Shown piece by piece: positions 1-12,429 of a DNA stretch of 64,000 nucleotides. Source of the DNA: Amphiscolops sp. MND2022 (Eukaryota); contig OZ076411.1 of the NCBI GenBank assembly GCA_964187785.1, positions 12,214,001 through 12,278,000 on the forward strand. Reading direction: 5' to 3'. Both the position numbers and the translations under genes were made by a program. Each line of letters starts with the position of its first letter. The stretch's first letter is position 1. The notes beneath the pieces are model-generated. The model was not told where the DNA came from. It saw only the letters and a list, made by a program, of their open reading frames with translations, and did no database searches.

Positions 1-109
1 ATGGGTGAAAAAAAGGTCTCCTTTTTGCGGTTGTCCAGCGTTATGAGATTAAAATTTCATTTAAAAAGCTTCATTGTCCCTTGCAATTTTTGTTGAAAAC
101 TCGTACAAA

Positions 110-330
110 ACGTTGATAACGCCATCATGAAGTACGCCAATGAACAATTGTAACGGGAAAGAAGCGAACATCCTGATGAAAACTTCTGGTATCTAAATCC
201 GCCAACCTAGGGAACAATCTTTCATCACAGGAAAAGACATGGAATCACTCATAAGACAATTGCCAAAGAAAGCGACATCTGTGGGCGCCAACGTCTTGAC
301 GCCGGAATTAACATCCATTTCAGCGTCAAA
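110..330 (+). pseudogene. Relic of a pogo/Tigger-type transposase (CENP-B HTH region)
   Basis: Manual translation VDNAIMKYANEQL*RERS...GTIFHHRKRHGITHKTIAKES resembles the Tigger/pogo 'F.KRHGI....I.GES' motif; in-frame stops. Confidence 0.35.
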
Positions 331-338
331 CTAAGGTC

Positions 339-1313
339 AAACAAGCCGCGAATGACCCAACCGGCGCCCGCTCAAAGTTCGAACAGAGTAAAATGACATA
401 GCTATTCCAAAGGACACTACTGTGAAAATGTTTATCAAGAATGTAGTGCCGTAAGTTTCGAAAAGTTCTTTTTCAAAAACTCGAAACATCAAAAAACACT
501 ATTTCCTAAACTTTTACTTTCTGAAAACAGCTCATGACAGAAAAAACAAGCCGGGACCGGCCCAAGTCGGCGCCATATCTAAAGCTCAAAAATAGCAATA
601 GACATCAAAGTGTCAATGTATTCTCTTCTACAGCAACCGAAAAACCCAAAAGTTGGACCGAATTGGCGCCCCAGTAGAAACGCTTTCAGATTTATCATCC
701 ATTCTGTCGCAAATCATCGAATGAAAATGAAGGGGGGACCCTTTGGTGATTTTTTTAAAGTATCACAATGACGAAAAAAAACTGAAAGGGGGACTCTTTG
801 AAATTTTTCATCATCCACTCTGTTGCAGAACTCCCATAAAAACTGAAGGGGGCCCTTTAGAAATAGTCTATTTTCAAAAAAGTCTCAATGCCGAAAAAAA
901 ACTGAAAGTAGTTTATCTTACGCGAGAAAAAAAACCTTTATGGTTCAGTTCCCTGGGCCAACAGGTACAAGTTAAAGATTTGTAGAACTTTTAATAGAAC
1001 TATTTTGGTGTATATCACTTCAGGTTTATCGAAAAGAAACTGACGAAAAGCCATGACTATAGTCGCTTTTCTTGCCTTACGATACAAATGCCTCAACTAA
1101 CTAGCAAGATCTTGCTAGTTCGATTAACAGCCAATAAAAACGCGTTCTTATTTCAGTGACGCGTTACGAGTTTTGCTTGTTACACTGTGTGATATGGCGT
1201 TACATGTAGTGATCAAAATACAGTAAATGACTACTTTACACTCTCTAAAATTACGTACTTTGACTAGTTTCCACTTCACACACGAAGACGAAAGTAAGAA
1301 AAGCGCCGACTAA
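339..1313 (-). mobile_element. DINE-1/Helentron-like non-autonomous element(s) (HINE-like), two stacked ends
   Basis: AACAAGCCG...CCAAGTCGGCGCC ends at 339 and 545; internal GGGGGACCCTTT/AAAAAACTGAAAGGG repeats; inverted subterminal AAGCGCCGACTAA at 1301-1313. Confidence 0.7.
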
Positions 1314-2710
1314 TGAAAGAAGTCGAACCTTCAAGACCGTCTAAAAATATTCATCGTTAGCACTGAGGGAAAAGTCACCGTTAGGACCGTAAAAGAGTTT
1401 TCCTACAGAAAACCTCATGAAGTCAAAACTTGTGAATACGAATTTTTCGAGAATATTGTTTACGAATTTCCTCTAAATTTTCTTCGGGAAATCGCATAGT
1501 GCCAAAAAATTTTATGTTGCACTCAAGGGTTGCAAAGGCTTTTTCTTTGCTAAAATTAGAACAAATAGGGCTGCGGTTTTGGAAGAGAAAATCAGGATTG
1601 AAGGTCATAGTACGACAAAGAAAACTAAATATGGGGGAATCTTTTGTCTTTTCTCTTCATTTGCAATCATGAAAGGTCCGGTTTTTTGCGGAACTCAAAC
1701 TTACGTAAATCTGCTCCTCAAGCACCGTCAACAGGCCTGAAACAATGCGGTAACCGCTATGCTAGAAAGCCGTATGAAACTTTCCAAAATTAAAGGAAGC
1801 GGACGAAACACGCACTTTGACGAAAACCACTTGCCGCTTACAGCAAAGTGTCGAGTAACAATGTTAACACAAGTTAAAAACAAAGCGCCAGCTTAGTACC
1901 AGGATATTCGCCGCCATACTTGTTAAGCCAGCATGGCGAAGGCGATGTACTGCCTGGGAAAGCAGAAAAAGTTTCGGGCTCCAGCTCTCGTTCGACTCAA
2001 TGATCCACTAACAGGCAGGCGCACGCACTACCAGCTATGCCACCGTAACTAAATTGAATGGAAAACATCACTACGTGGAGTTTTTGTAGAGTTCGGGAAA
2101 AGCACAGATGGTGAATTCCTTCCTGAACAAAAACAAAGTTGTGAGGACGGAAAATAACAAAATCTTGATCAAAATGACTGAAGACATCAGGTTGCCGCAT
2201 AGATAATAACCACTCAACTCAGAGGCCCATGTCAGATGCGGCTCAATACCTTGCAGTCAGAAAAGGTTTCGCTGAGTCGAGTGCTTCTAGGCAAATCATT
2301 GTCTGCAAATGGTTGACCAATGGTCAGTAAAGATGCTAGACTTCAACTTTGCAAGCAGTATTCTTGCAAACCGCGAGCTAGCACAGGGTGGAAGTAGATG
2401 TTGCAGTTTTATACGTGAGTACATGGTACATGCAATAAAAGCAAGGACCAATGTTGTGAATATTTTGATGATTTCGCAAAATCGGCAAACGCAATATAGC
2501 ATCAATCACGCATCATTAGAGTTGCATTACGGATGCATAAGGAAAACAGTGCTCATCATTACAATCAAGATTGAAGTGGAATACTTCGGAAAGACAATCA
2601 TCCCTCAAGGAGTCATCGAACAAAAGGAATTCGTAGCTGGCGTGCGTTTCCTGAAATCAAAAGAGCAATTACAACAATATAAACGTTTTGCCAATTTCCG
2701 TCTGTCTGAC

Positions 2711-2738
2711 AATATAAATATAAATATAAATATAAATA
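2711..2738. repeat. (ATAAAT)n microsatellite
   Basis: aatataaatataaatataaatataaata read directly. Confidence 0.9.
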
Positions 2739-2922
2739 CATTCGAACTCGGATAAAATAATAAACACGGATAAAAGAAACATTCGGATATAAGAAACGTT
2801 TTCACTCCTATTTTTTATGCAAGACCAAGTTTCTACGTTAATAGCACAAATGATAAAAAAACTATGGATAAAAGAAACTCTTTTCCCACCGCCCTATGAG
2901 TTTCTTTATCCGAGCTTAACTG
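2739..2922. mobile_element. Tc1/pogo-type MITE
   Basis: TA flanks on both sides; imperfect TIRs CATTCGAACTCGGATAAA / TTTATCCGAGCTTAACTG. Confidence 0.45.
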
Positions 2923-2948
2923 TATAATGAAAAATATTTGGACTCTAC

Positions 2949-3418
2949 TTTTTTGAGCATTGAGCAGAGCGACGACTTGGGCTGATCCCAGCTTGTTGAA
3001 TAGTTGAATAAAATAACGTACTTCCTAAAGTAGCTTTCATGTTTAAGGAGAATTAAGTATAAATACACACTCAGTGAAATTGTACGGACGTCATGGAACT
3101 TTGATGAAGAAAAACTTCAAATGAAAATCCTCAAATCTCTCAAATTGTCGGAATGAATTAAAACCTGCAACTTGAGCACAAAAACACGAGTTGATAATTT
3201 CGACCTGACGCCATGTTTTTTTCGAAGAACTTTTTTCCACCAAATTGATTTTTACTTGATGTTTTCAAAAAAGAGTATTTCGACACAGGGCGCTCTCTAT
3301 TTTTCGAATCTGTGAAATTCATGAGAATTTGCTGGAAGCCACTCTGAGCATATGGAACTTTGCGCTTTTTGAGCCTTAAGCGGGGTGCCGACTTGAGACG
3401 TTCTCGTCTTGTTTCATA
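2949..3418 (+). mobile_element. HINE-like element fragments ending CTTGTT (ends at about 2997 and 3414)
   Basis: TTTTGAGCCTTAAG...GCCGACTTGAGACGTTCTCGTCTTGTTT family end motif. Confidence 0.65.
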
Positions 3419-3440
3419 CAAACTGAGCCAGCTTTATATG

Positions 3441-3804
3441 AAACAAGACGAGAACGTCTCAAGTCGGCACTATACTAAAGGCTCAAAAAGCGCGAAGTTA
3501 TTTGAAATATGCTCAGGACGTTTTTCATGAAAAACTCACAAAAGGTTTCGAAACACCCAAAAGTCTCACAATGCCGAAAAAAACAATGCCAAAACTCAAA
3601 ACTGTTGGCTAGTAACGACAAAAACTTTAAAAACTATGGTGAACAAAAGTGGTACCCTTTGGAAGCAGCCGAGATTCCTTTCTAGTTATGTCGGAAGAGA
3701 AGTTCTGAAAAAGGTGGACCTTCAGTGTGAGATCTGTGGTCTGGAGAAAAAATGGTCACTGTGATAGTCGAGATTTTTTGTTTCGCAAAAGCGCTGACTA
3801 AAAA
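3441..3804 (-). mobile_element. HINE-like element, complete short copy
   Basis: AAACAAGACGAGAACGTCTCAAGTCGGCAC at one end; GTCACTGTGATAGTCGAG...AAAAGCGCTGACTAAAAA at the other. Confidence 0.75.
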
Positions 3805-6800
3805 CAACATTACCATTTACAAATTACAACATTACCAGCAGAATAGCATTACCATTTAGACTGATCACAGGGCACGGAATCAAAACTTGACGAACATGCG
3901 CCCAACATTGGAATTGATTCTACTCCCGCTGAGCGCCGCGATTTTCCCCTGTACTCATCTATCAAGGACATCTTTTTAACCTCGACAGTGATTTCGTCCT
4001 CAAATGAGGACAGCGATTTTTTTCGCAATCAATAGTAAAAATATGCAAAAAGCATAGAGGAAAACGAAAAATTGTCTTTTTTATCGACAAACAAATTGGA
4101 CTATCTGGTGTGAATTGTTGTTTGTGTCAATATAGATTTTTTCCGAGCCACCGGCAAAAAGTAACTGAAAAAAGTGAAGAATTGCAAAAGGTACATTTCA
4201 GAAAATTCATTTTTTTCTCAATAACTGAGCAACTGTTTGCTAAGTTACTGTCACACTCTATTAACACAGTTTGCCACCATTGAAAACGCATATAAAAGAT
4301 TTTTTCGATGAAGCTTCAGTTATGAGTTCAACCGATATTTGAAAGGCCCGGCGCAGCTCTCACCCCAACAAGTGGCGCCAACTCGCGACCTAACTAGTGT
4401 GCATTTGAAAGCTTAGGTAAAGGGCTTTCAGGAACAGAAAACCGACTGGAGGTGCGGCAATTATTTGTGGAGAAATGAAGCTTTGAAAAAATTTTGCCAA
4501 AATTTTGTCAATTTTTCGACTTCTCGGTGTACTGTGGAGGTTAAGGCTCCAGCGAAACTCATAAAGTACGAAAATTGCAAAAACATCGGAAAACTTAAAA
4601 AATATATATATTTCCTGGTTAATTTCATCCTTTTTTGAGAAACAAATATCTCTGCCTAAAAAAGGTATGCTAAATAGCGAAACTTTTTGTTCTTGAACTC
4701 TGTTGTTGCTTATGTGATACCCACATAAAAAACAACCTTTGAGACAATTGGGGATATTTCCAAATTTTATAAATATCCCTTTAAAATTTTGGGAATTTAG
4801 TTGCATTCGGGCAGGCATTTTGGTGCATTTTTGCTTGTGAATTTTTGATGAAAATAAACGATAATGTTGCGCATGACAGACCTGCGTTGTACTACGAGTA
4901 CGTCGCTTGGACTTTATAGGACGTCTGGCGTCAAAAATGCTGCCGAAAGTGCAAATTCATGCCCCAACTTGGACCGCAACTCTCAATCTCGGAGAAATAT
5001 AATAGAAGTAGTGATGCGAGTCCAAGATATCTTGGCAAGATTGTGCAAGATCGTACATGTTCTTGGCGCACTTGGTGAGAATCTTGCCAAGATTCTTATC
5101 TACGGTTTTTCAAAAATTCAAGGGTTTTTGTCAGGAATTCAAAGAATTTTCATTACGGGAAGTTGTATTGAAAGATACATACCCAAGGTACGCGTGTTTT
5201 ACTGAGTTGAGGTGCTGAGAGCGAGACGTTTGATCAAAGAATAATCGGTCATCTGCCTCCGCTGTAAATTGATCCCAAACACGAATCAAGTAAAGGACGA
5301 TGAGTAACAATATCGGTTGCATTTAATTCATATTAAATACTGCAAGATGATAAAAAATATTTCAATGGGCAAGTTTTTTCTTCAAATGCAAGATACTGTC
5401 AGTGATCGTAAAAACTTGAATTTCATTTCCTTATTTCTACATCAATATTTCGTTTTGGCGAAGCATAAATTCTCTTGCTTGTAATGTTAGAAAAGTAACA
5501 GAACAGTAAACTTATTCAGGATTGACTTGTGTTTTTTCTTATCCAGTCAAATGGTTTTTCAGATATGATTCTCAAGTCCAAAGAGTCTTTTTCGCTTTTG
5601 CTAAACTTTTTGACGTATTTTTGAATTCAGCTGCTTTTTGTCATAAATTTCAATAGAAAGAAGTTGTACAGTTTCTTGCTGACTTGTTCAATTATAGAAT
5701 TTTATCATCACAATTGAGTGACTGAGTCATCAGTCGGTTGATGTTTCCAACGAAAATCATTGGAATGCTCAAATGCAATAAAATTTTTAATAATTATAAA
5801 AAAAAATTATAGAGAAAACAGCCATTGCTATTTGTTATGAGTCAGAAAGAGACGTGAATTGTGTAGTCTAGGAACTATTATGTCAGGGTGAAACTTTCGT
5901 GTATTCAATTAGATAACTCTTTGAAATTATAAACTTTTTCGAATCTAAACAATAGTTTTTTCAGTCGTTTTACGCGAAAGTTCCAATTTCCTCCTTTGTG
6001 TGGCTATACGTTGTAGAGGTAAGGTTGTGGTTTGTAAGTACCAAAACTTTTGACAGTGAATAACGTCCAAAGAGGGCAATGGCAACGTCCAACCGACAAC
6101 CGTTCTTTCGTAGTGTCTTAAACGCAAGAGCGAAACAAAAGGGAGCGATCTGTCATTAGCGATCATACGGATGGTTTTAAAGTAGGCCGACCTGAGGCGG
6201 GTCGAATCTTATAGCAAATTTTTCGGCCGTGTCTTACCTTTTCAAAATAATTCCTTCTGAGATGTTTCTTTAACACTCTCCGCTTTAACTCTAAGTGGAT
6301 GATGGTACGATTCCGTACCAAATAGATTCAGAAACATTCTAAAAGCACTAGCTGAACGTATGGAAAAGAAAACTCTTGAAAAACATTTTTAAACGCTATT
6401 GCATAGAATTCATCAAAGACACGGAGCTCAGGTGGTGAACGGTCGTGTTTGAAAATTGTCTCAACTCAACTTAAGCAAGCTAGCCCTGAGCAATTTCAGA
6501 ACAGCATGGAAAGAAACAGTCATTGTTAAATTTTCGTATTTCCACAATAAAAAAGACATCTTTAGTAGACGTGCAGTGCTATCAAATCGTCTAAACTCAT
6601 CTTCATTAATGATATCGAGTTAAAAAGGCACGCCGAGTCCCTGGGCTTGGCTACGACTACTAGAAATTGTCAAGCAATAAAGCTGAAAATGGTTATGTCA
6701 AAAGTGCCTGGTAAATACTGTTGCAGGTGTCAACAAATGGGTTGCAACAGCTATCAAGAAAAAACCGGGAGAATGCCTCGAAAATCCAGCATCGTCCTCG

Positions 6801-7199
6801 GCGAAAATTGAATCTGTTCTAAAGCGACTACGTGAAGAAAGTACCAACAAAAAAACAAAAAAATGATTGATTAAGCTCTTTCTGATATTGCCAGTCCAAA
6901 TTTGAAGCCTGTTGAAAATGTTGCGAGTCCCAGTGGTGATGTTGATTGTTGAGTGTTGATACTATACAATAAAAAAGTGAAAATGCAAATTTTTCGAGGC
7001 AATTCAACTTCAATAATTTCTTTTGCATTTGCTAGCTCTTTTTGGTTGTTGTCACACAAACTATCTTTGTTTTCTAACACTAAATTCATTCTCAACTCCA
7101 GGTACAATTTTTTTGCTACACTCAACCTTCATGTTTGATAACGAGAACCAAGATTTAGCACAACTCTATACAACCATATTTTGACTGAATATACAGTCT

Positions 7200-8068
7200 C
7201 GTAGGTACCATAAAGGTGAAGTAACGGTAATACTTGAAACATTAGATCACAAACCAGAATGTTTAACCACTGATTGACACCTGGATTGTAGAGGAAGGCA
7301 GTTCTGATGAATAAATTCTCACAAACTATCACCCAATTGATTCTGTATCTGGTAAGTATTTGCCGAGAAGGTCAGGTGGGGTTGCTTTTTCGTAAAAAAA
7401 ATCTGTCAAATTGAGTCCACATTGGATATTGCGTGTGAAAAAATCGCAGTACAATCACGGAAACTTTTTCCACAACACACTGTGTAATATACAGGCCCGG
7501 AACATTGCAGTTTAATCAATTTTTCCCGAAGCTTGAGAGAATTTCTGCGTTTTTTGAATCCACGAAATAAAGAAGAGGTAGCTTTTGGCGACATCAGTAA
7601 TGATACACCACTGAAAGAAGACAGATAGAAAAAACTACGGAACACTAAGGGCACTATAAGACTTCGAACTTCGATTTTTGAGCAAACTCAATTAACAATT
7701 AAGTCGAAAAGTTGTATTATCCATTTCAAAACGCCAAACGAAATATTGACGCAAACTATCACTACAACTATTGGCGATCATTAAACACTTTGGCAAAATT
7801 ACATGTGCTAGGGATTTTTTCTCCAAAAAATAAAAACGTGATATTACCCGCAGTTTAGATAATCTGATATGACACTAGTTTTCGAATTTTCTGTTCCTTT
7901 TCGATCAAAACTCCAGATCAATACCACAAACACTTCCAGTCGATGAATGATGGGTTTGTATCGCAGATGTTAGAAACAATCACTCTTTGCGTCGATGAAA
8001 TCGCTCGTGAGAAAAAAATTACATCTATTAGACATACAATTCAATAGATCACAAAAAAAATCAAGAAC
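7200..8068 (+). pseudogene. Decayed L2/Crack-like LINE ORF2 (APE endonuclease part), target of the BEL insertion
   Basis: Manual translation gives APE-like relics (SGGVAF, VAFGDISNDT, TIKSKSCIIH, TIGDH) and linker Q*ITKKIKNA, which continues in frame as IKKRDQLY after the BEL TSD at 19258. Confidence 0.6.
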
Positions 8069-8073
8069 GCGAT

Positions 8074-8907
8074 TGTAACGGCTGCTTGATCCCTTCACTT
8101 GACCAAATTTTACGCCGCCCTAATTTCGGTGCTCGGCACTGCGGATCGTTACCGAACACGGCTTGCTTCTTAGATTAAAAGGACTGTATCTTGACTTAGT
8201 AGGATCCAATGATCCCGAATTGCACTTCTTCCTTGTCTCTTCTACAAGTTGAGAGTAAGTAACTTAGTCGCCCTATGTCTTTGGCGAAAAGTCGAAAAGA
8301 GGTGAAGAAATGAATTGAGAATTGAAATGGTCCTAAGACCCAACTTCAATACAGCTTTCCAATCAATTTTTGCCTATCTAGTTATGGTATACAATCGTTT
8401 ACAATTCTTCGATAAATATGAGTTGAAATATGAAGTATAAATAAATGACAATTAAGTGAATTATTAAAGTTATTGACTATGTAAACAAACCATTGTGTGG
8501 GTATAGCATGTTAGTTAGGTGGGATCTATAGCATGTTTACACAATGTAAACATCATGAATTTCAACAGAGTTACATTCTAATGTGGTCATATAGGTAAAT
8601 AACAAAGTTTACATCTTCGGTTCAATGACCTTGAACACCACACATGTGAGGGGTAAAGGGGGTTATAGAGGATGAATGACCTTGAAACTTCGCCGGTGTG
8701 TTTGTGTTAGGTACTTGCGTATGTGTGCCAAGTTTCATGTCTCTAGGGTTAGTAGTTGTCGAGAAAATTTATTGGGGGGGTTCCCGTTTTTGTCACACTT
8801 GATAATTCTTCAAAATTTCTTCTAAGTTTTTAGGAGTTTAGGTTCTGGTTTCTCAACCAAAATATTCCAAATCAACTTTCTTTGCCTGCGGATGACTGGC
8901 GCCAACA
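8074..8907 (-). repeat. 3' LTR of the BEL/Pao element (834 bp)
   Basis: + strand TGTAACGGCTGC...GGCGCCAACA; colinear with 18403-19252. Confidence 0.95.
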
Positions 8908-10376
8908 TGGCCGGCTCTGTTTTTCTCCCGAAAAACACTTTCATAGAACAGGGGTGCCAGTTTCACTACTGGTCTTTTGAGTTTGCGATCATTCGTCACC
9001 ACTGTCGCAGATCTAACTCTGCCGTCGCTTCCTTCTTGCACCTCCAATACTCTCGCCATCTTGTAGTTGGACCACTTCACATTTTCATCTACGACCCAAA
9101 CCAAATCGTTGACTTTCAGCTGTCTCACGTCATCTTTGTTCCATTTATTCCGCACATTCCATTCCGGCAGATATTCTTTAGTCCATCTGGACCAGATCAT
9201 ATCTGAAGAAGCTTGCGACATTCGGAATACTCGTCTCAAATCTGTGTAACGTTGAGCGTCTGGTAGGAATGGTGTGGCTAAACTAGCTCTACCTATTAAG
9301 AAGTGGTTTGGTGTCAAAGCTTCCAGGTCATCAGGATCGTCACTAACACTAGTCAGTGGTCTAGCATTCAAAGTCTGTTCTACCAAACACAAAGTTGTTA
9401 TAAGAACGTCGTCCGTCAAGGATCGTCCATCCAACACAGCTTTCATTGCTTTTTTACAACTTCGGACCAATCGTTACGAGAATCCTCCAAAATGAGGGGC
9501 TCCTGGAGGGTTGAATTTCCACTTGACGTCCTTTTGAGCTAGCGACGTCTCAATGTCTGACTGATTCCACGCATTTATACAATCTCTCATTTCTTTCGCT
9601 GCACCCACGAAGTTCGTCCCATTATCGCTCAGAATTGTAGCAGGTTTGCCTCTCCGGGCAATAAACCGTGTGATAGCAGTTAGACAGGTCTCTGCTTCCA
9701 AAGATGGAACAACTTCAATGTGTACTGCTCTAGTCGTCAAACATGTAAAGAGGCAACACCATCTCTTCATGGTCTTACGCACAAACTTCACTTCAAAGGG
9801 ACCAACATAATCAACTCCGGTGTTGGTAAAGGGGAATACTCGTTCCTGCAATCTCTCTCGTGGTAAATCAGCCATGAATGGTTGAGACACTCCCGTTCGT
9901 TGCTTTCTACATTTAACACATTTCGCTTTGACGCTCCTCAGAGCGTTACGCAATCCAATAATCCAGTATTCTTGTCTTCGAACACTTCTGACGTATTCTG
10001 TGCCTTCATGAAAATAAGCCTGATGTGCATCTTCAATCAACTGGATGACAACGTAATGCTTTGCTGACAACAAGATTGGGTGTTTGATTTCATAACTTGA
10101 CTTTGAATGTTGCAGTCGACATTGTAGTCGTAGCAACCCATTTTCGTGCAGAAACGGTGATAGTTTTTTCAATTGATCTGAAGCCGACAACGGCTGCCCT
10201 TTGTAGATCTTCTCGTGGGCATCATGAAAACTTTCCTTCTTACAACGTTTCAAAATTGCCAGTTTTGCTGCATTGAGTTCTTCAACTGTCAGAATTTCTC
10301 CAGATTTTTTTTCCTCCATGTTAGACAGTATGAGAGCACTCGAATCATTTTCTTGAGAGACCCAAAACTTTCCCAT
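8853..10376 (-). pseudogene. BEL/Pao integrase (HHCC zinc finger, DDE core, C-terminal domain), frameshifted; ORF runs into the 3' LTR
   Basis: ORFs 9474-10376 (H...H...CVKC, GVDYVGPF, LFTCLTTRAVHIEVV, SDNGTNF) and 8853-9470 (NARPLT, LTPNHFLIG, RPVVKLAPL). Confidence 0.92.
8908..8930 (-). promoter_or_regulatory. Polypurine-tract-like primer region
   Basis: Minus strand GGGAGAAAAACAGAGCCGGCCA immediately before the 3' LTR TG. Confidence 0.55.
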
Positions 10377-12429
10377 TCGAATGCGGGTTCCATTACAGCA
10401 GCTTCCATTACTGGTTCTTGCTCTTCTTGAAAGCTGAATTGCAATTTTTCAGGCGCCTTAGGCCAGGCGTCCTCTGTCTTGGTGAGCCACGCCGGCCCTG
10501 TGAGCCATTCACTTTCCTTTAGGGCTTCAACTGTCGTTCCTCGAGTTCCAATGTCAGCAGGATTCAGTTTTCCTTCAACAAGCCGCCATTGATCGATAGT
10601 TGAATTTTCGAGAATTTCAGCAACGCGGTTTGCCACAAAGACCGGTTGTTTGTTGTTGCTTGCGTGAAGCCATTGTAGGACCGTAGTTGAATCTGTCCAA
10701 GGTACAATTTGGTCTACTTCAATATCACGTTCTTCCAAAATAAGCTCTCGCAGTCTTACTCCAAAAACTGCTGCCTGCATCTCCAACTTAGCCACTGACA
10801 TGTTTCGTATTGGAGCTACTCTACATTTTCCGATCACAAAGGCCACTTCGCCATTTTCTTGCTTTCTCAAACAAGCAACCATACACATTGCTTCCAACAA
10901 AGCGTCTGAGAAGATATGTAGATCAACTTTGTTCACTCCAGACTCGAAGTATGTTCTTTTAAGGACCATTTGATTCACCTGAATCATCTCTGAAGCCCAT
11001 TTCTCAAATGCATGTCGGTTTTCTTCATTCAGTTCTTTATCCCACGACTGTCCGTTCTCCTTCCATATAGATTTTAGTAGCAATCGCATTCTGATAGCAA
11101 AAGGAGACACTACTCCCAGAGGGTCGAACACTGCTGAAACGTGGGATAACACTGCTCTCTGCGTTATCTTCCTCGGTATCTCCTTCTGCATGCCTCTGCA
11201 GACTTCCAGATTGTCTGCGTCAACGTTCCATTGCAGTCGCAAGATTGATGGAGAAGTCGGTTCAGCTTCAAAGGTTTTACTAGAAGACGGTGACTTGTCT
11301 GCTTGGTCGATAGACGTCATAGTCGGTTCGCAGTTGCTTACCCATTTTGTTAAATGAAAGCCTCTCTTTGCCAACTTTGCTCGCAACAGTTTGTAGATTT
11401 CAATAGCCTGCTCAGCGCTGGGAACAGACTTGACAAAGTCATCCATATAGAAGTTTCGCATAATCAGTTTAGTAATTTGTGGGACTCCTGTGCGTTATCT
11501 CTTGCAACTTGTTGCAGAGCATAATTGGCGCAAGTTGGCCAATCTTTGGTTCCGAAGATATGTCTTCCATACTCATACACGTTAACGGGTTCATTTGGAT
11601 TGTTTCTCTATAGAAATCTCAACACTTTACAATCTTCCGGCGGTACTTTCACTTGTAGGAACATCGCCTCAATGTCAGCAGTGATGGCGATCTTTTGTTC
11701 TCTAAACCTGAAGATAATTCCAATCAAATTCTGTAGTAGGTCCGGCCCTGTCAAGAGGTTATCGTTCAAGGAAATTCCACGGAATTTGGATGCTGCGTTG
11801 CACACTTGCCTCACTTTTCCTGGTTTGTTTGGGTTTTCTACTGGGTGATGTGGAACATACCACTGTCTTTCCAATTTTGTAGCTTCTAATTCTTCTTGCT
11901 TCAGGATTCTGACGAATCTCTTTTCAACATCTACTTTGATAGAGTCTTGATAGAGTTTCTTCAACTCTGGTTTCTTTTCAAGTCTATACTCCAACGATTT
12001 CGTTTGGCTTAATGCAGAAGAGTAATTGTTTGGCAAGAAGGGGTCATTTCTTTTCCAGAGAAGACCAACTTCATATCTTTCACCATCAAACTTTGTGGTT
12101 TGTTCCAGCATCTGCAACGCCTTCTTAGCTTCCTTGGACCTTCCAGACACATCGCAGCGAGACGCATAGGATTCTATGTCCCACCACGTTTTTATCTGTT
12201 CTGCCAGTGCATCAACTTCAGAGGCTGTTACGCAAGATGCAGTCATCTGCACAGCCTTTTGCTGTGGAAGTGGTCCACAGAGAGTCCATCCAAGTTTCGT
12301 TTTCACTGCCCAAGGCTCACCATTCGTGCAGTTTTTATATTCTACAGGCCGATGTATATGGTAGCAGTTTTGTCCCAATATCATTTTTACATCTTTGAGT
12401 TTCAATGTTTCTTCGCTTAGAACCGACAA
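10289..12429 (-). pseudogene. BEL/Pao reverse transcriptase and RNase H, frameshifted
   Basis: GPDLLQNL, ADIEAMFLQV, FYMDDFVKS, FDPLG, LHIFSDA, AKLEMQAA, WTDSTTVL, NPADIGTRG. Confidence 0.93.

Noticed and set aside
1099-1120. Perfect 22-bp palindrome AACTAGCAAGATCTTGCTAGTT (related CAAGAT/ATCTTG cluster at 5022-5093) as a terminator or operator
   Set aside because: Eukaryotic repeat context; more likely a remnant of a MITE arm.
2309-2755. 148-aa ORF
   Set aside because: No motif; ends in a microsatellite and MITE.
3860-7100. Coding-looking fragments and short ORFs
   Set aside because: No motif I could identify with confidence; probably old repeat debris.
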